64,000 bases of DNA from Lepidodermella squamata (Eukaryota; Animalia; Gastrotricha): NCBI GenBank assembly GCA_047495785.1, contig JBLDXI010000013.1, positions 992,001 through 1,056,000 of the forward strand, read 5' to 3'. Every line of letters starts with the position of its first letter. The first letter of the stretch is position 1. The notes beneath the pieces are model-generated. The model saw only the letters and a list, made by a program, of their open reading frames with translations. It was not told the origin of the DNA and searched no databases. Shown one piece after another: positions 55,463 to 64,000 of this stretch. The position numbers and the translations under genes were made by a program.

Positions 55463-57107
55463 TAATGCGCATCTGTGAAAATCGGATAGTTATTGGTGGA
55501 CTGGAAGAGCCGGTGACTTATTTTCTTATTAGAGAGAGAAGCATATTTTGATATGAAAAACACAACCTCGCATCTTTTATTATGCATATTATTGGGGATT
55601 TTTCCGCCAGTCGTTATCGAAAGCGATCACGCAGCACAAACACATTGCCCGGTTTGTCCATTGTCTTCAACCATGAATTGTGCCAGCCGCTTCAGTTTAT
55701 TTTTTAATTTTATTGCCCCAAGTGATGGTTTGTAAATACGATTTGGACTGAGAAATGCTGAGGTTTTCCCGAGTTCCGTATAATTTCGGTCAAAGATGAA
55801 TATACCTGTAACATTTGATTGAGTTGCTAATTCATAACATATATATTGACGACAAAATTTCTTACCCGGTTGTTAGAAACGCTAATTGTTTTCTTCATTA
55901 TACCAGATTGATTATTACTCTTTGAATTATGCACATTAACGCATCTTGTTTGCAGTGATGCGAAGGCCGAATGAGCCAAGAAATCGAACCTGTTTGCTCT
56001 AGTTACCTTCAGTTCTTTTTTTTTGCGAATTTCAACGTGCTGTCAGGAAATATTTTAGCTTGTTGGAAAGCACATTAAACAACGGAGACTCGGGATGACG
56101 TCATTAAATAACCACGTAATACTTAGTTAACGCGCTTTATTTCTCCGTCAGACGCTCTCTTGTACATGTATAATACATACGTCATTATATTCTTCTTTTC
56201 AATACACGCTGTTGGCGTGATTGTGAGTCTGCTTTTTGTTTAATGAAAGTAAAAAATGATGATGGCATAACTTTCCTTGTTTTTTCTTAACACATCAATG
56301 ACTAAGTGGTGACGAAATAGGTGACGAAATAGGTGACAACCTATTGTAAGTAGGGCGACACTGAAGAATTGCGGGCATTGCTGGTTCATAAGCAAAATTT
56401 TCTCTTGCGCCATTTCATTACATTAAATATTTAGCTCCAAGGATTTTTTGTATTGTACAGAAAAGTTGCCTGGAAGAAAAAGAAATAAATTTAAAGTCGA
56501 ACCGACAATCCGAAGATGGAACCGTCAGAATAAGGCGTTGGAAGTTATCTTGGTGCAGCGGGTGCAGCAGCCTGTTTATTTGTAATTCCTGATTACTCGC
56601 ACACACCCCAACCAATTGAACTTCATTTTCCATTCACTGCTTTGACTGAATGCACTACTGGTCGAAAAAGAAACGCGCAATAATACTACGAAAAATATTT
56701 TTTGATACTGTCTCCTTTACCTGTATCATGTTTTTTCCTACGGCGCAGGTGCGCACGCTCTATAATATCGACCAGAATAGTGAGAGCACAGCGGAAAGAA
56801 GGCGAGCCTCAGTGGAGACGGCGTTGCCAGTGGTTAGTAATATTATTGGAAAAATGCGCATTGCATATAGATTAGAAATAAATGTTAAGTGAACAGGTAG
56901 TTTAGCGCGTTTTCACCATAATATTGCATTATATCGTATCGAAAACGTAAAAAATACTCATCAACCTTACAATTTCCTTTTTATAAAGCCGAGCCGATTC
57001 AAGATTTAGCATGCGCATTCAACGGAACGGCGAGCTAGTTTTTTAATTTCTCATATCGCCATCAAAAGAAATTTAAAACTTGACTCTTAATCGAATAGTT
57101 TCGTTTA

Positions 57108-58535
57108 ATGAATTCGAGCAACCAGGAGCTTGACGAGAGCTTCTCCTACCACTTCAGCCCTGTCACACAACATACTGAAGATGACGATCTTTCTCGGGGT
57201 TATTCGACAGTTGGAAAGTCATCGCCAGAACTACAGCCAGGTTTATCGACATTACCTATTTCCGACGCTTCGGCGAAAAAAGAAACAACAATGAGCGCTC
57301 ATGAATCAAAAAGCGGTGTCAGCAATCAGCCTAAAGTTGTCAAAGCTTTGGTTCCGAAGTCGTTTGTGAACACAGAATTATTACAACCTTCGCATTCGAT
57401 TACTTCCCGAGCTTATTTGGGTCAGACAGCAATGAAGAGAAATCAGCAAATGCTCACTACAACTTATACATCTTCGAATTCTTCTTCGCAGCAATCCTTG
57501 ACTTTTTACATTGGGAAGCAGCAGCAGCCCACTCCGTTTATTCAAGAAGTTCCGGAGTCGGAGGCGTTGCTGAGCGCTAGAGCTGGTCAGAAAAGTGGAA
57601 AATTGTATAGCAGAAACGGACAGCCATCTAAGTTCACTCATGCGATGTACATCAACAAAGCTGCTGAAATTCCGCAGACAGCCGCGCATTTGGTCTCAGT
57701 CTCGTGGGACCAAAACAATCATGAAGGCTTAGATTCAAGAAATAATGGAAGGATAAGCGAAATCGGAAACAAAGTATCCAGCGACTGTTTGCATATATCC
57801 AAGGTTGGCGCTGGCTTTGCGAATTCGCTACCTTATGATTCCGGGTCATCATCGCCGCCAAAATCATCGCATGTGAAAACCAGCGAGAGATATTCTGGCC
57901 CGTTTCGGCTTCACTTTAAAGATCCTCATCTAGCGTTCCAGCAATTAATCAACCCTCCTAAACCGGAAGATCGGAAGAATCCAAATTCTCATCGCAGCGG
58001 GAGAGTCAATGCCAACAACAGGCCTGCGAGCAAGCAGCTCACCATTATTGGAGGCCAACTTGATTTGCCATTTAACTACAGCAGTTCAGATTTAGCTTCC
58101 TATAGTAACTCGGGGTTCCATTCGGCGAGAGCTGTCGGAGCGGATTCTATAAAAGCGATTATCTCTGGTGCAAATACCAGTAGATTGCCTTCCCATTCTG
58201 TTTTCAAGCAGCCGCTAACTGAGTCGATCATTTCCGGTAAAGCCGTACCATACTCACCGCTTCCAAAGTTGGCTCAGTCTCAGACTACACCCTCGCCAAG
58301 AAACCTAACAGTTGTAAAGTCTGGAGAGGAGAGCTACCAATTGATCAACGTCGATCAACGCGACTTAGTGCGGCGAATGCCAGAGAAAAGTCCTCATTTT
58401 GCGGTTCTACCAACCATGCTTTCAGCTGCGGCGTTCAAATCAGCGGAATCGCGACATTTTCCTATGCGGAACATGCCCACGGAGTCACCTCGACCGTCGT
58501 CGAACGGCCTGATGACGCGGCAGTTAGCAACTTAA
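57108..58535 (+). CDS. Intronless Ser/Pro-rich uncharacterised protein (475 aa), likely disordered
   Basis: 1.4 kb uninterrupted ORF from ATG; AATAAA ~230 nt downstream. No recognised domain. Confidence 0.6.
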   Translation: MNSSNQELDESFSYHFSPVTQHTEDDDLSRGYSTVGKSSPELQPGLSTLPISDASAKKETTMSAHESKSGVSNQPKVVKALVPKSFVNTELLQPSHSITSRAYLGQTAMKRNQQMLTTTYTSSNSSSQQSLTFYIGKQQQPTPFIQEVPESEALLSARAGQKSGKLYSRNGQPSKFTHAMYINKAAEIPQTAAHLVSVSWDQNNHEGLDSRNNGRISEIGNKVSSDCLHISKVGAGFANSLPYDSGSSSPPKSSHVKTSERYSGPFRLHFKDPHLAFQQLINPPKPEDRKNPNSHRSGRVNANNRPASKQLTIIGGQLDLPFNYSSSDLASYSNSGFHSARAVGADSIKAIISGANTSRLPSHSVFKQPLTESIISGKAVPYSPLPKLAQSQTTPSPRNLTVVKSGEESYQLINVDQRDLVRRMPEKSPHFAVLPTMLSAAAFKSAESRHFPMRNMPTESPRPSSNGLMTRQLAT

Positions 58536-59130
58536 TTTTTAACTGAAGCGTGTTTTTTTACCCCTAGATCAACCCCTTCGTTAGACTTGATCAATAATTA
58601 TGGTAGCGCTTTGTTTACATTGTTTAGTTTCTTAAAACTGCTGGAATATGTGATTAACTGGGGCTTGCTTAAAAATGTATTATCAAAATATTATTTTGTG
58701 AAGAATTATGGCATTATACAAGCCCTGTGAAAACAATTTTCCTCGAATACTATTCCCGTGTGACGGAATAAAATAGCTCATTGTACTGCAAGGTCTAATG
58801 TTTCGACGATTCTGAACTCGGACTTGGAATTGAAAATTATTCGACCGTGTATCAAATTATATCATTTTTTATTGCGTCTTGGATCATAATTGTAATCGGC
58901 GAAGTCACAAACATACAATAAGGCTCTAAACACCACGAATCATAAATGAAGCTTTGTAAGGCTCAGAATCTTCTCCCAAAAAGCGACCAACGATAGAAAT
59001 TTTGCGACGGAGAGAAAAAAGAGAGATGCGGCATTACAATAATTTTAAAAATTAGATAATTGCTCGTTACTCTACACAAAAACACGTTACACGCTTAATA
59101 TATGCGATTTATCGCACTAGAATTAGTCCT

Positions 59131-61584
59131 TTAGGCTTGACTTTGGTCACCTGACGGAGGCGGACGATGGTGAGATCCAGGCGACGCAGGAGAACCTGAA
59201 ATTTTTAAAGGTGAAAGCGAAAGAGATAACACGCAATAATCTCACTCGTTCTCAAGGTTGCAGAAGGCCTCTTGTTTAGCAGACTGTTGAAAAAATTGGA
59301 AAGAACAACTTCATTGCTAGGAGGTTGACCGCCAGCTCCAGCTGCTTGGCCCGGCTAAAAAATTATTAAATATTTACAATTCCTTGCAATGTCTTGGACT
59401 TTATTACCCTGCGCGGAAGCGAAACACCCCCAGCCCCAAGAACTGGAGACCCGACATTTTGAGCCGCCGCTCCCGGCAATGGCGACGCCAAACTTTGAGC
59501 AGCCGTTCGGCTTTGGATTTGCTGCGCATCCGGAAGAGCAGATGATGAAGTATTTGTTACTGTTGCTTTGGGCTGTGTTGACAAGTTTTGCGCGTCACCC
59601 TTTGATGCTGCCGAAGCTGATGGCGCCGCTGCAGGTGGTTGATGCTTGCTCAGAAGAGTCTGGATTTTGCTCAGAAACACCAGTTCTTCGTCAACAGTGA
59701 CATCGCTTTCACGAGTGAATGCCTTCAGACCCGATGAAAAAAAATATATTCAATTATCCAAGTCAAGAGTATACGTCATTGAAACAGCAGATACGGTTAA
59801 GGTACTCACCTCTGGAGGGTGCACATATAGATGAGCTTACCGAATCGCTAATTCTAAGTGTGTGATTTATTCGAATTATAAAAAGAGTGCGCCGTTGAAC
59901 AGACAGTTATAATAGAATTTAGAAATTGACTGATCTTCAACTCTTTTTTAAACGCAAGCCCCTCTCCGAAGCAATTAAGTTGATAATCGTGTAAACAAAG
60001 TCGAAATTAAAGTGCACGAGTCGCTTATAACCCAACATCGAAAGCAGAAACCCAAGTTACCTGAATTTGAGGAGCTGACTCCACACGCTGTTAATATGAA
60101 AATATAGACACGATGATTGAAACAATTCATGGGCAGGTTAGTATCACATGATGGCAAGGTTAGGTACATAAAGTAAACTGTAGATCAGCTGGTCATAAGA
60201 AACGAACCTTCAACGTTGTCGGCCTCTTGATGATTGAGTCATACGTGTCTTCGGGTTTGATGGTAGTAAAACTCTCCTAAGATTTAGAAGGAAATGTTTC
60301 AAATTAATTACCAAAAACACCTTCTCTCACCTGCAAAGCATCAATTTTCTTTTCAGTATCCCAGCCAGATGGCACAAATACATCGTCTTTCTCTAGCACA
60401 CTTGGCTGGTATCCGAATTTAAAACCGTACATCTCGTGCTTTAGGTAACTGAAGAGTCGCTCGCTCTTTTTGTTATCTTTTGAAGATACATAGATTAAGG
60501 AAGCACCATCTGAAAGCGCAATAATTAGTTGGTTTGTTTAAGCAAAGAAGTTGTTATTACATTGTAAGCAGAATCGCCGCAAATGCATTTGAATAAAATC
60601 CCAATGCTCCTCTTTGAAGTCGTAATCTTTCTCCAGTTGGCTGATAGAATCGACTTTGCTAACACAAACAATAATAGGAAGACCAAAATTGTCTGCTATC
60701 GCATTTTCAGAGGAAAGCGATGCCGATGAGGGCTCAACACCATCGACGCCATCGCTCATGTGATGTTGTGCGGTTGACCACGGTTCGTTGGTACTCGTCT
60801 GTATTCCCGATAGCTTCCTCGAAACTGTCAACGTAAAAATCACGGTTAGTTAGGAGAAATCATTATCAAAGATATGCTCACGTCGGGCCTGGGCTTCTTT
60901 CATGACATTTGGCTTTAGCTTTAAATTGTCGACGTGAGTTCTAATGACATTTATCCACTTTTCCAATGATGATATCATGGACCATGGGGAAGCCATCGAA
61001 ACTAAATAAAAAAACAGGAGCCGGTAATTGACATAATCACCAAGAAGATTTTAATGAATTACCGGTGACTAAAATTGTAGTGTTCTCGAAATTATCTTCA
61101 TTCACAGCAAATTTCAACAAAGACGCGCATTCAACGCTGCCAGTAAGAATCCATACACCAAGACGAGTGGAATCTGAGAGATTTTTTAAAGCATTTGATC
61201 ACTAAGATTTCAGATTAATACCTTCTGTCTGCTCATCGCGTATATTGACAAAATGATATTCGAGTTGCGACCCTCTTTTCACTTCCTCAGTTTCTAACCA
61301 TTTCGCCAGAACTGTAGACTTTCCACTCTCGATATCACCTGGGAGAAAACGTTATTTCATTTACATAACTATTACCAAATGCATCCTCACCGAGGATAAC
61401 AAGGTTTTTGTTGCCAGGAAGTCTAAAAGTCGTAGCACTGTAAGTTTCACTTAAAACTGTCATCCTGGATCAAGGAAAAAATCTGATTTTAAAAATATCA
61501 CCGAATCAATCAGTAAGCATACCATAAGTTGGTTCCGTCGCCCTCGAATGCGTCACTGACTCCATCTTGATTATCCTTTTTCAT
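59131..61584 (-). CDS. DYNC1LI: Cytoplasmic dynein 1 light intermediate chain, multi-exon
   Basis: NLW|MTVLSE, LVIL|GDIESGKST, LEYHFVNIRDE, RLGVWIL, DNFGLPIIVCVSKVD, EEHWDFIQMHLRRFCLQ, VFVPSGWDTEKKI and C-terminal adaptor-binding helix EVVLSNFFNSLLNK. Confidence 0.95.
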
Positions 61585-61779
61585 CTAAAAGCTCTCAACT
61601 AGAAATTGTCGAATGATAATTTACTGCGATGGCAGGGTGCAATTCAGGAAAAAACACTGGTCACTGATCGCTATAAAAATACCATATAAGGCGGGTCAAA
61701 TACACCATTTTTCAGTAAAACTGGGCAATGATATCCGCTAGATTGATTACAACTGCCAATCTGAAACCCAAACATCTCA

Positions 61780-62149
61780 GGGAGCATCTTAGCGAACAGT
61801 ATTAACGAAATAACTACGACGTCCAAGTGTGAATTCGTCATTCGTAAATGCGCCGTCGAAAATCGAGGTGTTTCATCAACAGAGCTCGACGGCACAAGCG
61901 AAGCAATATGCACAATCTTCGATTTGCCATTGTCTCATATCGACCAAGTCAGGTCTTTGAATATTGAATATTGAATGCAACGAACGCAAGCACGTCACGT
62001 TCTGTGGCTGCTACATGCCAACCGAAGTCGTCGTAGTCGGAGACCGCAACTCGATACTTAAGCAGAATTCTAACGTATTTGGTGATGGCTTCTTCTCGAG
62101 CAGCGAGCAGCCATGCCACGATCATGATAATCCCCGCCCCATGCATTGA
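61780..62149 (+). mobile_element. Possible decayed LINE endonuclease (APE) fragment
   Basis: Frame broken by a 7-bp duplication (aatattg x2 at ~61960). VTFCGCYMPT and VVVVGDRNS resemble the APE YaP and GDFN motifs, but are abnormally close together. Confidence 0.3.
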
Positions 62150-62519
62150 ATATGGTTACATAGAGAAGGTTTGGCCGCTTTCTTTCGAAACTGAGTAACG
62201 CAAAACAAGGGACGTAAAATGGTCGGTGGATGAATGGATTATTAAGCCCAATCGCCAGTCGCCCGACGATGGGCTTCATAGTTTGAGAGTTTAGTTTGCG
62301 GTGTTTTACATGGGCCACGTGGCATACAAAGGAGTAGAAAAATATAACACGGATCTAATAAAATAATGTCTTCTTTAGTTCTTTAGCGAATTCGACGTCG
62401 ATGGTAAATGTCGCCAAAAAAAGCAAAAACGATCGCGCACATCAGCGCGTTCGGCGTCAAAAGATTAATAAAATCGCCCGCCAAGACTTAGCAGAGCTAA
62501 TTTTTTGACGTATAATAAA

Positions 62520-63340
62520 ATCAAATTTTTTGCTTTCGGTTTATGTGCATAAAAGATAGCGCTAGTGATCCATAGGAATATGGAATAATTTTTCGTACAT
62601 TTTGGCGCAGAGTTCGCGAAGGAGCGGTGCAAGTTTTAGTTCTCTGTTCTGGACTGTCGCCAGAGGAGGTTGACCTTGTTGTCCTGGAGATCGTGAATTC
62701 GTTCAAATTTTGGCCTTTTAACCTTTTCATCTACCTGGCGTACCTGATTGCCAACCGTCCGAGGACAACATCCGCGATCTGCTACCTTTGCGCTTTTGTA
62801 CCTGGCGCGAAAAGCTTGTCGAGACTCAATAGATGTATGTCATTGTCATCTAATTGGATAGGTTACCCATGGCTTGATACAACTGAGACTTCTTTTATAA
62901 TAGTGCTTGGTGGCTAGGTACTTGACTTTTTGAAGCTGATTTTCTTATCAGATCTAACGGACTCTGCTCTTATCCCATATCGAAGCTTCATTGATCCTAT
63001 CTTACTATGAGATGAGAGATGCGCCTTTTAGGAACTCTCGTCGGTTTACCTTCATCATTCTGAAGGATTGAAAGCGTTGTCGGAGTTAACTGTCGTTACT
63101 GAGATGATGTGTGATAAGATATCGAGTTCCAAGCTAGTCTGAACAGTTGCTACCGCCTGTTGCGGACTTGACACACGTCTCCCTTCCCTTGGGGTTTGGG
63201 ATATCACATTTCTAATATGGTACGCATTCAATGCGGTTATTTTTTGGATGTGGCTGAGATGTGAACTCAGCAAAACAGCTTGTGGATATTCTTTGACAAT
63301 ATTCAATGGGCAGTTGAACGAGGATTGTAAATGAACCACT
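62520..63340 (-). mobile_element. Possible decayed DDE integrase/transposase relic
   Basis: Stop-riddled minus frame with LNIVKEYPQAVLLSS and VTTVNSDNAFN, weakly like integrase-core motifs. Confidence 0.2.
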
Positions 63341-63515
63341 TGTTGTCAGTGAGTAAAGCTAATGCTTGATGTTTAATCCCTGATCTCTCATGGTGATAGC
63401 TTGATTGTGCTGAGAGTACCGGTCAAACTTGACTCGTACGTCCAACGTTCAAATTACTGAAGTATTTAAGTTGAGAGTTGATGTCTATTAATATATAATT
63501 ATTTTTATTGTTTAG

Positions 63516-64000
63516 ATGAGTTCATTTAGCCGTGAAAGCTTTTTATCCCGTTTGCGAGGACTAACAGCCACTCAGCAAGCTATACAAACGTTATCTCTCT
63601 GGTGCTTACATCATCGAAAACATTCGAACGTTATTGTTTCCATTTGGCGCGAGGAAGTCAATCAATGCCAGCCGTCTCGTCGTATTGTATTGTTGTACTT
63701 GGCGAACGATATTATTCAAAATAGTCGGAAGAAAGGTCCCGAATTCCGTCTTTCGTTTCAAACGGTTTTAAAGGATGCGATCCGCCTAGCTTCTCAAACC
63801 GACTCCAAGACCTACACAGCCACACAGCGATTGTTAGAAGTATGGGAAGAACGTGGGGTGTTTGATGAAGATTACTTGCGTATGCTGAAGTCAGTTCACG
63901 TTGAACCAAGGAGCTACAACAATGAGCCTGTTGACCAGCTGCTGGTCGGGGCTGATGATAATTCTGATGGCAACGAAAAGCGGAAACATGAAACTAAGAA
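63516..64000 (+). CDS. RPRD1: RPRD1-like CTD-interacting domain (CID) protein, 5' part, runs off the window (missed by ORF track)
   Basis: MSSFSRESFLSRLRGLTATQQAIQTLSLWCLHHRKHS...LLYLANDIIQNSRKKGPEF...RLLEVWEERGVF. Confidence 0.92.
   Translation, partial: MSSFSRESFLSRLRGLTATQQAIQTLSLWCLHHRKHSNVIVSIWREEVNQCQPSRRIVLLYLANDIIQNSRKKGPEFRLSFQTVLKDAIRLASQTDSKTYTATQRLLEVWEERGVFDEDYLRMLKSVHVEPRSYNNEPVDQLLVGADDNSDGNEKRKHETK

Noticed and set aside
56308-56337. GGTGACGAAATA x2.5 tandem, and similar tiny duplications near 2709-2732 and 40941-40960
   Set aside because: Ordinary slippage duplications with no further structure.

Overview
This is eukaryotic, animal DNA from a compact genome with mostly ~45-65 nt GT-AG introns; I cannot name the species. 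The ORF track fragments nearly every gene, so I spliced the models by hand. Conserved genes are RELCH, a C2H2 zinc-finger gene, MALSU1, AK3, CTNNBL1, SYS1, G-alpha-o, PNP, PDP1, dynein light intermediate chain and a partial RPRD1-like gene. Decayed retrotransposon relics and small inverted-repeat elements sit mostly in gaps on the 5' side of genes. The most striking part is an ~15 kb accessory island (11.7-26.6 kb) with three components. First, eight Ly6/uPAR three-finger genes (nine domains) of an unusual 12-Cys type, four with a dibasic KR site in loop III. Second, two tandem N-acylation-motif (MGNEC) globins with no distal His, whose long GH insertion is bracketed by a conserved HxH...CxxC motif, a candidate Cys2His2 metal or redox clamp. 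Third, a secreted trypsin-like protease with two furin sites. Other points: operon-like gene packing with splice acceptors next to upstream 3' ends, a perfect 90-bp-arm hairpin just before PDP1, and candidate microexons. All functional interpretations are inferences; no searches were run.
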